A stretch of DNA of 64,000 bases, taken from positions 1-64,000 of the forward strand of contig CAWDOY010000003.1 of NCBI GenBank assembly GCA_963803975.1, read 5' to 3'. This DNA comes from an uncultured delta proteobacterium. GTDB lineage: Bacteria > Desulfobacterota > WTBG01 > CAIYCZ01. Position numbers and translations under genes: made by a program. This document shows, piece after piece, positions 42,062 to 52,894 of the stretch (position 1 is the first letter of the stretch; each line of letters opens with the position of its first letter). The notes beneath the pieces are model-generated. The model ran no database searches and was not told the DNA's origin. It saw only the letters and a list, made by a program, of their open reading frames with translations.

Positions 42062-44161
42062 TTAACAGGCATAACGTCGCCAGAGAATGACCCAAAAACC
42101 GATACAAAAAATCAGCAACGGCTCCATGACGACACACGACCAGAACACCAGACGGCCTTCTGCCTCTGTTAAAGAATGCAGCGGGGCACGTTGATAACCT
42201 TGAGGAACAGGTCGGGCACTAATAACTGCTTTTTCTTCAGCAAGCCAGTTAGTGATGCTCAGAATAAAATCTTTATTCCCAAGAATATTCACGTATTCAT
42301 TTGCGGCAAAACGCGAGTTGCCTAATACCACCATGCGCCCTTCCTGAGTCGTATTTTTTTTGTCTGGAACCTTCTTTACCATGACCCCAACCTGAACCGG
42401 ACCGCGCAGATCTATTCCGTCCTGGTACTGTGCGGTTTTATTATAAGCACTCGCAAAATCCCGTTCTGCCCAAGAACCCCTGCCTGACTGCCCCAGAATT
42501 TCCCAGGAAAACCCGGCTGCAGGATGCGTTCCCACCTGTACAGAACAAGCGTGAGGAAATAATACGGCAGCGCGGAGATCACTTGAGATAGGATGCTCGC
42601 GGTTGATATGAATTATCGGCGTGAGTTCGTCCATATCCGGGAGCCGGTTGTCCGTATCAACGACAATATCATAGCCGATTTCCACATTATAGCGCTCCAG
42701 AAATGCCTTCAGATGAGGCAAGGGAACAGGATCAATAAGCAATAGAACCCGCCCGCCCTGTTCAAAATAGTTCCCTAAAGCAGCCAGCGCTGCAGCAGAA
42801 AAATCATGCTCTGGCCCCGCTATTATTATGATGCGGGTGCTTGCAGAAATCCCCTGTATTCCATCAAACACTCCCTGCGTAACGGTGAAATTATCAGACT
42901 GAAGTGCCGACGCAACATCTGAAAATCCATCTTTCCCTGTGCTCGCAAGGTCTTTCTCACCATGCCCCGTGGTAAACCAGGCACCCTTATCCTGTCCCCG
43001 GGTAAGAAAGTAAATTGTTTTCAGCAACTCTTCCTCGCTGAGCGATGCAACATACTCTCGATGCCCCTGATATTCAACCATGCCCGCCTTTTCATTGGTT
43101 CCCTTCAATGCCGCTGCTTTAGCAGAATTTTTATCCACATCTATGTAGGTATGGGAAAGATGGGGGCAGTTGGCCCTCATGCGTTCCAGGAGGTCTTCTA
43201 TCGCCCTGCGCTGTTCCTTCTTGCCGAATACTGAAATGTTCACGGGATCCCGGACAGACGCCAGTACTTCAAGGGCTTGCTCAGACAGGGTGAACCGTTT
43301 ATCCGGGGTAAGGTCAAACTGCTTATGGTACGCATTGCCCTGCACATTAATCGTAATAAGGGCAGCAATAATAATGACGATACTTCCTAAACGACCCAGT
43401 GTCTTCAGCCCGGCATTCTTTAACGATACCCCCTGCCACATCCGGGATTGCAGGGATATGAGGGTCAGAAGCAGGCAGGCACAGCTTACGGTAATAAAAT
43501 ACATAAGGTTCCTGGTATCAATAACTCCCACGGTAAAGTTGAAAAAATGCCTGAACAGGGATATATTCTGCAGTATCCGGGTACCATATTCACCCGCACT
43601 ACCTTCATTGTGATCAATAAACCAGAACACTATCAACAGCCCTACCGTTGCTATTGCCGCAACAATTTGATTTTCTGTTAATGACGAGATTAAAATGCCA
43701 CAGGCAAGAAAGCATGCGCCCAGCAGGAACAGGCCTGCGTAGCCGGTAAGTAGTATGGGTACATCCAGGAAGTGTATGCGTGCAAACAGCAGCGGGTACA
43801 GAGCGGTGAGAAGCAACATCAGGGCCAGCACCAGGAGACTTGCCAGGTACTTGCCGAACAGAATATCAGCATCCCTGAGCGGACAGGTAAAGAGGAGTTC
43901 TATGGTGCCCAGCTTTTTTTCTTCAGCAAAGAGCCGCATGGTAACCAGGGGGAGCAGGAGCAGCAGCATATAGCTGATGTCATTGAACATATATTCCCAG
44001 AGGTCAATGCTCACCCCGCTACCGGCAAACAGAACGTACATGACGAGGTTAGTGTAGAAAAAGTAGCCGGAAATAATCAGGAATACCGCTAATACGACAT
44101 AAATAATAAAAGAGGTGAAATAGCTATTCAGCTCTCGCTTAACTATGGACAGTACCGTCAT
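42062..44161 (-). CDS. Fused ABC-2 permease (GldF-like) and GldG-like periplasmic domain
   Basis: KRELNSYF, TMRLFAEEKKLGTIELL, SSLTENQIVA, then DLTPDKRFTLS, FTTGHGE, IIAGP and a C-terminal TM. Confidence 0.85.
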   Translation of the reverse strand: MTVLSIVKRELNSYFTSFIIYVVLAVFLIISGYFFYTNLVMYVLFAGSGVSIDLWEYMFNDISYMLLLLLPLVTMRLFAEEKKLGTIELLFTCPLRDADILFGKYLASLLVLALMLLLTALYPLLFARIHFLDVPILLTGYAGLFLLGACFLACGILISSLTENQIVAAIATVGLLIVFWFIDHNEGSAGEYGTRILQNISLFRHFFNFTVGVIDTRNLMYFITVSCACLLLTLISLQSRMWQGVSLKNAGLKTLGRLGSIVIIIAALITINVQGNAYHKQFDLTPDKRFTLSEQALEVLASVRDPVNISVFGKKEQRRAIEDLLERMRANCPHLSHTYIDVDKNSAKAAALKGTNEKAGMVEYQGHREYVASLSEEELLKTIYFLTRGQDKGAWFTTGHGEKDLASTGKDGFSDVASALQSDNFTVTQGVFDGIQGISASTRIIIIAGPEHDFSAAALAALGNYFEQGGRVLLLIDPVPLPHLKAFLERYNVEIGYDIVVDTDNRLPDMDELTPIIHINREHPISSDLRAAVLFPHACSVQVGTHPAAGFSWEILGQSGRGSWAERDFASAYNKTAQYQDGIDLRGPVQVGVMVKKVPDKKNTTQEGRMVVLGNSRFAANEYVNILGNKDFILSITNWLAEEKAVISARPVPQGYQRAPLHSLTEAEGRLVFWSCVVMEPLLIFCIGFWVILWRRYAC
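44125..44147. repeat. Left copy of a 23-bp direct repeat (within the permease 5' end)
   Basis: TATTCAGCTCTCGCTTAACTATG matches 63978-64000 at 22/23 positions. Confidence 0.85.
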
Positions 44162-44204
44162 TCGCTCAAGCCTGCTTCCCTATGCCGGTCATTCTTGAAT
44201 AGTG

Positions 44205-44313
44205 TTATCGCTTTACAATAATTATTCCCTTGAATTCAGCTGCCGGCGACAGTCCTGATGGACCGGCGCCGACCACTACCACAGCATATTGTTCTTGCCT
44301 GAATTTTTTGCAT
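44205..44313 (-). pseudogene. N-terminal stub of an FAD-dependent oxidoreductase
   Basis: QEQYAVVVVGAGPSGLSPA (Rossmann GxGxxG) follows an RBS and ATG at 44313 with one frameshift; stops after about 35 codons. Confidence 0.55.
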
Positions 44314-44473
44314 TTCGGCTTTTGATTCCCTCTATAACATTGCATTCTCAAGGCAGCTATTGTATGTTAATTTTTATAATTATGGCAAGAAATTTCATAA
44401 CCGAGCCACAGAATCCACAGAGCACTTCTCTGTGATTTGAAAATAAATTTCGTTCTGCGGTTTAATCTTAGTC

Positions 44474-45862
44474 ATGGAGGGGACCATGCACAGCACCCTG
44501 GGAACCTATCTTAAAGAAATCAATAAAACTATAGTGCGAATTAAAAAACAGGTGGACCCCATAACACAGGTGGGTGACTTGTGCTCTCAGAGCGAAAAGA
44601 CTATCCTGTTTGAAAACATCAAGGGGTTCCCGGGATGGAAAATTTGCGACCTTCTGGTAAAGGACAGGAAAAGGCAAGCAATTGCTCTGAAAACAACTCC
44701 GGAACATGTGGTGCAGAACCTGGCAGCAAAAATTAATAAAGGACCGGGGAAGACAGCAGTTGTTGCTAAAGGTCCGGTAAAAGAAAAAATTCTAACCGGA
44801 AAACAGGCTCGTTTCAACAAAATACCATTTTGCGTGCACAGCCCCGGGGATGGAGGTCCTTATATCGGCTCAGGAATGTGTACCGTGCGCGACCCCGATA
44901 CCGGCCTGCAGAATGTTGCTATCCATAGAATCCAAATAAAAGGTCCTGATTGTGCCGCTGTGTCGCTTTTTTCTCCACACAGCAAGGCAATTTTACAAAA
45001 ATATGCCGAAAGGAAAAAGCCCGCGGCCATGGCAGTTGTTATCGGCCATCATCCCTGCTTTGAAATTGCCACTAACTATTTCGGCCCCCATGATACCTGG
45101 AGCGAGTTTGAGCTTGCGGCACGATTACTGGAAGAGGAAGTCGAAATGGTTCGCTGCGAAAATTCTGACATCCTCGTGCCGGCACATGCAGAGATCGTTC
45201 TGGAGTGTGAGATTAAACCGGGTGTGACAGAGATAGAGGGGCCGTTTGCCGAGTTCCATAATTATTATGCGTCAGAACCTGCACCCAAGCCGCGCCTTGA
45301 CTTGAAAACTATAACTATGAGAAAAGATGCCATCTACCGGCATCTGAACGCAACACCGTACACTGATCATCAGCCCCTGGCAGTGCTTCCCAGCGAGGCA
45401 CGGCTCTTTGATCAGCTTACGCGCAGGGGATTTAATATCCATGATGTGTTTATACCACCCTGGGGCGGACTTTTTATTGTCATTATCCAGATGACCGGGG
45501 CTATTGAAGAACAGGTCCGGGAGGCACTCCTCATGGCGCTGTTTAGCCCGGTATTGCTGTTCAGCAAGATTGCCATCGCTGTCGACGATGACATTGATAT
45601 ATATGATGCACAGGATATTATGTATGCGCTGGCAACCAGGGTAAATCCTGATAAAGACATCATACAGATACACGGTACCCAGGGCATACCCTACGATCTG
45701 TCGCTTCCTGAAATACCTGAAGCGCTGCCACTGCGCAGAGGAGGAAAACTTGCCATTGATGCAACCAAGCCGCCGACGGCAAAGAAAAAAATGCGGGACA
45801 AATTCAAGCGAGTGAGCCCCAGGGGGTGGGGGAACGTTTTGTTGAAGGATTTTATAGAATAG
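44474..45862 (+). CDS. UbiD family (prFMN-dependent) (de)carboxylase
   Basis: LFENIKG, DGGPYI, NVAIHRIQ, VPAHAEIVLE, EGPFAEF, VDDDIDI, KLAIDATKP. Confidence 0.9.
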   Translation: MEGTMHSTLGTYLKEINKTIVRIKKQVDPITQVGDLCSQSEKTILFENIKGFPGWKICDLLVKDRKRQAIALKTTPEHVVQNLAAKINKGPGKTAVVAKGPVKEKILTGKQARFNKIPFCVHSPGDGGPYIGSGMCTVRDPDTGLQNVAIHRIQIKGPDCAAVSLFSPHSKAILQKYAERKKPAAMAVVIGHHPCFEIATNYFGPHDTWSEFELAARLLEEEVEMVRCENSDILVPAHAEIVLECEIKPGVTEIEGPFAEFHNYYASEPAPKPRLDLKTITMRKDAIYRHLNATPYTDHQPLAVLPSEARLFDQLTRRGFNIHDVFIPPWGGLFIVIIQMTGAIEEQVREALLMALFSPVLLFSKIAIAVDDDIDIYDAQDIMYALATRVNPDKDIIQIHGTQGIPYDLSLPEIPEALPLRRGGKLAIDATKPPTAKKKMRDKFKRVSPRGWGNVLLKDFIE

Positions 45863-45906
45863 AATACAGAAGTCTGAATTCAGAATAAAATCTTCTGACT
45901 ACTGCC

Positions 45907-47751
45907 TCAGACACTAGCTGCTAAATCCAATTCCTCAAGTTTTGCCTTTGTGGGGACACCCGTTTTTATGTCCCACCCCCGTGCCTGGTAATAATCATCT
46001 AACAGCCGGTCCATCTCAAATATCTGGCCCTTGCTCGCCCCATCCGGCACCGGCTCTTTTATAAACCGTTCAGGCAGATAATCATCCTTTCGCTGCAACC
46101 CTTCACGCATATTAAATAACCGCTCAAGATTATAAATGCGCTCCCCGGCTTTTATGAGATACGTAACATCGCCAAATTCCTCAATGCCGGTAGCTGCCAC
46201 CAGCAGTTGCGCGTAGATTTCAGGGCTTATCCAGCCGAAGCAGGCGGGGAATCCGCACACAATAAGAGAATCATAGGTTGCCGTCTTGTCCTGGTTCTGC
46301 CTGGTGAGAGCACCTTTTCCCTCCACGACGAAACGATCGACCTGCTCGGGAATCCCGAACAATTCCTGCATGCCATACCCTGTCATGTGGCTGGCGCCGA
46401 TAGTTGACGTGGCAATATTTAAGCCATGTGCCTTTGCCCCTCGTGGCTCATAGGCAGGTATTTCCAGGCCTTTAACATGCATTGCGTACTTCTCCGCCCC
46501 GCGGCCGATCTTTTCCGCAGCCCTTCTTGTGCCCAGTGCCAGCACGTCGCCGATCCCTTCCCGTTTCACTATTTTCTTAAGCAGCTGATAAGCTGCCTGG
46601 TGATTCCCCCAGGTGAGTTCTATCCCATCAAGATCATTTTGGGAAAGTATTTTCTTCTCATACAGCTCCATGGCAAATGATAGCGTAACACCCGCAGCTA
46701 TAGTATCGATACCATAGTCATCACAGAGCTTGTTCGCAGCAACGACGAAACCAAGGTCCGTGCTCCCGATATTGGCGCCGAAACACCACATGGTCTCGTA
46801 TTCCGGTCCTTCAACAGCATCTCCTTTGTACTTGCCTTCTTTTACCTGCAAAATACTGCCGCAGTGTATGAAACAGCGGGCACATGCCATATCTTTTATA
46901 AATATCTGATCCATCTTGTCGGTCGTGAGCCCGGTAAAATCATCCAGATGCCCTGATTGAAAGTTCCTGACCGGATGCATGCCGATTTCATGCATCAGCG
47001 CAGTTATGCCTGATGAACCATGATGGCTGAATCCTCCGTATACCGGATGCTGCCTGGCCGCTGCAACCATGTCCCGGGTAACGGTATTAAGCCGCTGCCT
47101 GTCTGCAACGGCAACTTCGCTTGTTCCCCGCACGGCGATCGCCTTGATGTTCTTGGAACCCATGACCGTGCCCACGCCGCCTCTGCTCGCGCTCCTGCGC
47201 AGGTTCATGATTGCCGCGAACAGCGTGCCGTTCTCTCCTGCGGGCCCGATACACGCCACCTGGATTTTTTCATCCCCTAATTCTTTGATGATCATATCCT
47301 GAACTGTTCCGGTATCAATCCCCGTTCCCCAGAGGTGAGATGCATCTTTAAATTCAACGGTATCATTATTAATAAAAATAGTTGTTGGCCTCGGGGCTTT
47401 CCCTTCAATAATGACAAGATCAAAGCCGGTGTTTTTAAGCTCCTGCCCGAAAGCGCCGCCTCCTGTTGAGCGTATAAAAGCGCCGCTGAGCGGTGATTTG
47501 GTCACAACCATCCAGCGCGAGCTTGACTGGGCCCCTGTCGCGGTTAACGGGCCGGTTACAAAGTAAAGCTTATTATCGGGCCCGAGAGGGTCAGTGCCCG
47601 GCTTAAGTTCATCAAACAGATACTTTGCCCCCAGGCCTCTGCCGCCAAGAAACAGCTTTGCATCTTTATCGCTCAGCACCTCTTTCGATATCCGGCTGGT
47701 TGTTACATTTATCCTGAGCACATTACCTGCATAACCATATTTCAATGCCAT
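45907..47751 (-). CDS. Aldehyde:ferredoxin oxidoreductase (tungstopterin AOR family)
   Basis: GYAGNVLRIN, GGRGLG, KSPLSG, IGPAGE, GVGTVMGSKNIKAI, CARCFIHC, GPEYET, DDYGIDTI; start set at ATG 47751. Confidence 0.92.
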   Translation of the reverse strand: MALKYGYAGNVLRINVTTSRISKEVLSDKDAKLFLGGRGLGAKYLFDELKPGTDPLGPDNKLYFVTGPLTATGAQSSSRWMVVTKSPLSGAFIRSTGGGAFGQELKNTGFDLVIIEGKAPRPTTIFINNDTVEFKDASHLWGTGIDTGTVQDMIIKELGDEKIQVACIGPAGENGTLFAAIMNLRRSASRGGVGTVMGSKNIKAIAVRGTSEVAVADRQRLNTVTRDMVAAARQHPVYGGFSHHGSSGITALMHEIGMHPVRNFQSGHLDDFTGLTTDKMDQIFIKDMACARCFIHCGSILQVKEGKYKGDAVEGPEYETMWCFGANIGSTDLGFVVAANKLCDDYGIDTIAAGVTLSFAMELYEKKILSQNDLDGIELTWGNHQAAYQLLKKIVKREGIGDVLALGTRRAAEKIGRGAEKYAMHVKGLEIPAYEPRGAKAHGLNIATSTIGASHMTGYGMQELFGIPEQVDRFVVEGKGALTRQNQDKTATYDSLIVCGFPACFGWISPEIYAQLLVAATGIEEFGDVTYLIKAGERIYNLERLFNMREGLQRKDDYLPERFIKEPVPDGASKGQIFEMDRLLDDYYQARGWDIKTGVPTKAKLEELDLAASV

Positions 47752-47776
47752 TATAACCTCTCCCAAGTTTCTGTTA

Positions 47777-49403
47777 TTACAAAATTCCCTTCTCTTTTGC
47801 CCGGGCAACACACTCAGGATCTTTCCACCATTTATTAATTCCCAGATCCTGGGCAATGGTATTAGCTGCAAGATACCCCGGGCCCCAGATCACGCAACCA
47901 CCAGGGTATACTGAAGAACCACCGACGTAGAGCTTTTTTACCGGAGTCTTATTGCGCGAGCAATCTTCGTTTGGCCTGAGGAAGCCCATCTGGAAGGGGA
48001 TGTAGGCTCCCTGTTTATATGAGCCCTCACGCATATCAGGAAATTTATTCTGCATATCAAGCGGGGTGCTGATATAGCTTTGGAGGACTTTATCCGCGGT
48101 GATATTTGGAGCATACTGCCTTAACACTGCAATAGCACTGTTCAGCAAGCTCCTGCTTGAATTTGAGGTTATACCACTTCTCCGGGCCCTCTTTGAGGTT
48201 ATACGGAGCCATCATGGAAAGCTGGCTTGAACACCTTCCCGGTGGCGCAAGCAGTGGATCGTGGACACTGGGGAAACAGGCATTAAAGCCAATGGTATCA
48301 CCCATCTCTGCGTTATACAGGGCATCAAAGTGCTTCACCAGCTCTTCCATGGTCTCATAGCCAAGCACATACACACAGGCCTTATTGATGTCGGGATTTT
48401 TTTCTGCCGCTTTAAAATTCGGCGGCTCGGATAATGCGCTGTGGACACCAAACAAGCTGTAGCTTTCCCACTTCCATTTCTGAATTTTACTGGCAAATGC
48501 TTCAGTTATGCCGCCCTTGTCCATCAGGTCAATAAATGTTTGAATGGGGTCAATGGTGCTCAGAACTGCCTGTGAGGCCTCATAAAAAATCCCGTTTTCC
48601 ATCTCCACGCCCTTTGCCTCACCATTTTGCACAACAATTTTCTTAATCATCTGGTTGTTTTTAACCAGGCCATGATTTTCATGGATTACTTTGTTGAGCG
48701 CCTGTGCAACCATATGGGAGCCGCCTCTGACCAGTTGATAATTATGGGCGCGATTCAGGTACAGCAGCACTAAATAACCGAGGTTAACCAAGTCGTACTT
48801 TACCCCCCAGTGGCAGGCAATATAAAGGAGAAGGGCGCGAATATGTTCATTTTCAAACGCATCTTTTATAATATCAATTGGCTTGCGCTCACTGTAAGAC
48901 ATCATCGTTTTGCCTATCTCAATCTTCTGCATGTGCACAATGGCGTCCAATGCTCCTACGGGAGGGATATAGGTGGCCGGGCCAATATAGTCATCAACAC
49001 AGCGCTTGGCCGTGTGATAAAATTCACGGTACGCATCCGCATCCTTTTGGGAAAATTGCGCAAATGATTTGCATGTTCGGTCTATGTCCTTATAGATGCA
49101 TACGCAGCGTCCATCTGAGAGCGGCATGGCAAATTGAAGATCGGGATACAGGTGGTGCACCTTGTAGTCTTCCTCAAGCCGGAAATCAGGATACACCGGA
49201 GCAAAATCCACCATCATCATATACACGGCATGAGTGCTGTGCAAAAAACCTGGAAGGGTTGACTCTTCTGTCCAGAGTCCTCCGCCGCATTCGTATCTGC
49301 GCTCAAGAACCAGAACCTTCAGCCCCGCCTTGCTGAGATATGCTCCCGCCTCAAGACCGTTGGGCCCAGCCCCAATTATGATAATATCATACTTGGTATC
49401 CAT
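47777..49403 (-). CDS. Phytoene-dehydrogenase-family (COG1233) flavoprotein B, frameshift near 48130
   Basis: IIIGAGPNGL, ERRYECGGG, GGSH, PSVHDPLLAPPG. The downstream frame has QYAPNI, STPLD and TPVKKLYVGGSSVYPGG. Confidence 0.85.
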
Positions 49404-49486
49404 GGTATCTCCTTCTTACGCAGTTTATGGCCGCGACCATTACGTCGTGACATAAGCCCCTGCTATGCTCTGGTATCATTCAATGT

Positions 49487-51128
49487 TTAAAAGGGGTAGC
49501 CGTTCTTTTCCCAATGCTTTTCCAGATTATGCTCCTCGGCGATAACCTTAAAGCAGTTGTATGCCTGGGCATCCATTGCTCCTGCGCTGAAACCCCACGC
49601 AACACCGGTACAATAAAGGTTCTTTATGGGCGTTTTATACCGGGCCAGTTCCGGAACCGGTCGAAATTTTCCCGTTTGGCCAGGAATAACATCAATCACA
49701 CCCCAGTTCCCCTGGGGGCCCATATTTTTCAGACGCAGGCAGTCATACGGGGTGAGCGGGTCATAGCCGATGATGTTATCCCAATTCATATTAGGTGCAT
49801 ACTCCTGCCAGTATTTTAAAACATCTTCAGCGTTTTTCTTCTTATAATCCAGCCATTCCCGCTCCGACATCTGGTTGGCAGCAAGGACAAACTGCTCAGA
49901 CCCGGCAATATGCTTTCCCTTCGGCGCCTGGGTTGGATCGTCCTGGCTGAGGCACCATACCAGCAGTGCCGAATCAGAGGTATTTGCGGGCGGCATCTTG
50001 CCCAAAACCCGCCAGGCATTTTCCCGGACGAGTACTTCAGGGTCTTTTATACTCAGACGCCAGAAGACCGGTCCGGTGAATATCCTGTTGAAATGCCTCG
50101 GCAAGGTAGCGGGGCCGCTCATGGATGGCCCAATGGTACCAGGTAATACAAATTAATTTGCGGGAAAGGTGTTTCACCCTGCGGATTGTCCTCGGTTCAA
50201 AATATTCTTCTCCGGTTAATTGCAAACAGAGCTGTTCGGGCGACAGCGTGCTCACTACCAGCTTTTTAGCCTCAATTTCAGTGCCATCAACCAGACGAAT
50301 CCCCTTGGCAACGCCATTTTCTATGAGCACTTTATCAACCTCATGCTTGGTAAAACTTTTCCCCCCGTTTTCCAGATACACCTTGTGACAGGCGTGTGCG
50401 TAGCTGTGGGTTCCACCGACGACACCGCCAAATTGTATCAGAAGGGGCAGGAGCAGAAGCTGCGAGATGCCGGTGCCTGGCATCAGGGGTGAATAGGGCA
50501 TGCCGGCATGCGAGGGCCGGAGCACTGAGGTTACCACCTCATCAGATTCAAACAGGTCTCTCAGTACCTCAAGGGCTGATTTTACTCCCCAGATGGGATC
50601 AATGCCGAGAGCAGGGTCCATCAGGGTCTTTTCCATGGTATCCGGCTCGTAATGGGGAGGAGGCGGGTTATATATCCATTTGCAGAAAGCAGGCTCTATT
50701 TTCTCCTGCCATTTTTTCCATAGCTCCAGCCAGGTATCTGCATCCTTTTGTGAGAAGCGGGCTATTGAGGCAGCGGTCTTTTCCTGACTGGGATCACAGG
50801 CCGGGTTATACCAGGCAATACATGATTGATCCTCTTTGAAAATAGTTGCCATTGCAGGATTAAACGGAAACCACTGCCCTCCCTTTTCAATAAATTCAGG
50901 GAAGTCCCGCTCAAGCACTATTTTCCAGTACTTGTCTATATTCACCGCATGGGTATTGGTGATAAATCCCGGTGCAGCGCTCTCCTCGCAGGACCATCCG
51001 CCCCCCAGCTCGTGCCGGCAATCAAAAATACCAACACTCATGCCGGCATATTTAGTCAGATACATGCCGGTAATAAGTCCTTTATTGCCTCCCCCGATAA
51101 TAATTGCGTCAAAAGATTTATCAGCCAT
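49487..51128 (-). CDS. Phytoene-dehydrogenase-family (COG1233) flavoprotein A, frameshift(s) near 50050-50090
   Basis: IIIGGGNKGL, ELGGGW, GGTH. The downstream frame has DPTQAPKGKH, EYAPNM, TPYD and YKTPIKNLYCTG. Confidence 0.85.
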
Positions 51129-51169
51129 ACGTGTGTTCCTTCCGTATTGATTGCTTATATGCTCTCTAT

Positions 51170-51418
51170 TTAAAAGTCATTTGTATTTCTTGGATTCCTC
51201 CAATTCTTCAAACCAAAAAGAAGAAACTTAAAAACCGGTCCCTTTAAAATCAGCTTGACCATGGTCAACAGGTCGCCATAATCCATGGCAGCCCTGACGT
51301 GCCATTGAACGGGATCAATGGTCTGGACGTGGAGGATCAAGTAATCCTGAACCATGGTAATCTTGTCCAGCTTACTCACCAGTACTGTTTCACCTAACCC
51401 TGTTGACCGCAGTTTCAT
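51170..51418 (-). CDS. Small hypothetical protein upstream of the COG1233 pair
   Basis: 82-aa co-oriented ORF (MKLRSTGLGETVL..WHVRAAM..) preceded by a GGGGG purine run. Confidence 0.7.
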   Translation of the reverse strand: MKLRSTGLGETVLVSKLDKITMVQDYLILHVQTIDPVQWHVRAAMDYGDLLTMVKLILKGPVFKFLLFGLKNWRNPRNTNDF

Positions 51419-51520
51419 GTTTTTTACCCCCAGTCTTATTTATAGTCTATTATCGCTGTCATGCACTTCTGCGAGATAAATCAAAACTATCCAGAAGCAG
51501 TTCCCCATGGATGCTCATCC

Positions 51521-52285
51521 TTAATAGAAACAAATTCCTCCATCTACCGGCAGCGCCTGGCCGGTCATCATGTCGCTTTCATCAGACGCTAAAAAAACGA
51601 GACCACCCACCAGGTCCTCCGGCATGAGCTTGCGATGCCTGAGCTGCATCTGGTTGATCAGAGCCTCATCAGCGCCCGGGCCAAGATGACTGACGAATTT
51701 CTCCGTAGCCTCATCCCAGGTGCCGCCCGGCATAAAAACATTGGCTCTGATATTGTCAGCCGCGAGCTGCGCTGCCATCTGCCGCATCATGCCCATTTCA
51801 CCAGCCTTGGTAACGGCATAATGCATACAGGGGAGTCTCCCCACCACCCAGAAAACCGATGAAACGATAATAATATTGCCCTTTTTCTGCTCGCGCATAT
51901 ACGGTAAAACGCCCCGGGCACTGAGGAAGGGGCCCTTCAAGTTAACCGACATCACCCAGTCCCATTCTTTCAGGTCAATATTCTCGAATGGCTGTGGTTT
52001 AAGCTGTCCGTATATACCGGCATTGGCAACCAGCACATCAATTCTGCCAAAGGCTTCGCTGGTCTTTGCTGCCATCTGTTTCGTGCTCTCTTCATCTCTG
52101 ACATCAACTTTAATTCCTATCGCCTGTCCACCCTTGGCTTTAATCTCATTAACAACAGGGCCGGGATCAGTTGCATGGGAACAGACAGCTACCTTTGCAC
52201 CTTCATGTGCCAGCCCGAGGCTGAAGGTCCTGCCGAGACCCGAGGCTCCGCCAGTAACGATGCATACCTTGTCTTTTAGTCTCAT
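51521..52285 (-). CDS. Short-chain dehydrogenase/reductase
   Basis: TGGASGLG, VANAG, YAVTK catalytic motif, TGQALPVDGG. Confidence 0.92.
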   Translation of the reverse strand: MRLKDKVCIVTGGASGLGRTFSLGLAHEGAKVAVCSHATDPGPVVNEIKAKGGQAIGIKVDVRDEESTKQMAAKTSEAFGRIDVLVANAGIYGQLKPQPFENIDLKEWDWVMSVNLKGPFLSARGVLPYMREQKKGNIIIVSSVFWVVGRLPCMHYAVTKAGEMGMMRQMAAQLAADNIRANVFMPGGTWDEATEKFVSHLGPGADEALINQMQLRHRKLMPEDLVGGLVFLASDESDMMTGQALPVDGGICFY

Positions 52286-52351
52286 TGCTGACTCCTTTTG
52301 AAATGGGTTGATACTAAATGTGACGTCTATCTCGGGCGTTTGCCGTTACTT

Positions 52352-52855
52352 TCACTTCCTTTTATCTACAAAGGGAATACTTTCTGCGAATTTGGTCTGA
52401 AGATCAATTACAAATGTTGCCATCCGCGGATCATTTTCACAGCCTATCTTAAACGCATAACTGCCTCCCGGCGGGAAATTCTCAGTATATGCATCCGACG
52501 TAACTGTCCTCAGGAACTGTCCCGATGCATCATTCCATCTAAGATTTACATAAACATATTCAATTTTCTTGCTGGTAATATTTTTAATCGTGCCCTCAAG
52601 ATAGCGCTTTTCCCCTTCAACAAAATCTCTGGTATATTCAAGAGCCAGTTGGGGTTCTATGCCAATTTTTACTATTTCCTTTGGGGCAATTTCCTTAAAA
52701 AATTCCTCCTTCTCTTTTACGCTCCCCTTATAGGCCACATAGAGCACAGCAAAAAAGATTATAAAACCGACCATGACGGCTGAAAAGGAGAACAAATCCT
52801 TTAGCCATTTTTTCTTTTCTTTTTTATCTGGTTCCTCACTATATCTGGTATCCAT
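52352..52855 (-). CDS. Membrane-anchored FxLYD-like domain protein
   Basis: One TM, then LEGTIKNIT..YVYVNLRWNDASG..PGGSYAFKI. Confidence 0.6.
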   Translation of the reverse strand: MDTRYSEEPDKKEKKKWLKDLFSFSAVMVGFIIFFAVLYVAYKGSVKEKEEFFKEIAPKEIVKIGIEPQLALEYTRDFVEGEKRYLEGTIKNITSKKIEYVYVNLRWNDASGQFLRTVTSDAYTENFPPGGSYAFKIGCENDPRMATFVIDLQTKFAESIPFVDKRK

Positions 52856-52894
52856 TTGCCTTTCGCACAGTTATTGTTATCCGGGGGTACATAA

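Noticed and set aside
42062..44161. Gliding motility machinery
   Set aside because: GldF/GldG-like ABC components are widespread, and no other gld or T9SS genes are present.
47777..51128. Carotenoid biosynthesis (crtI/crtO)
   Set aside because: No phytoene synthase, GGPP synthase or cyclase nearby; the neighbours are catabolic.
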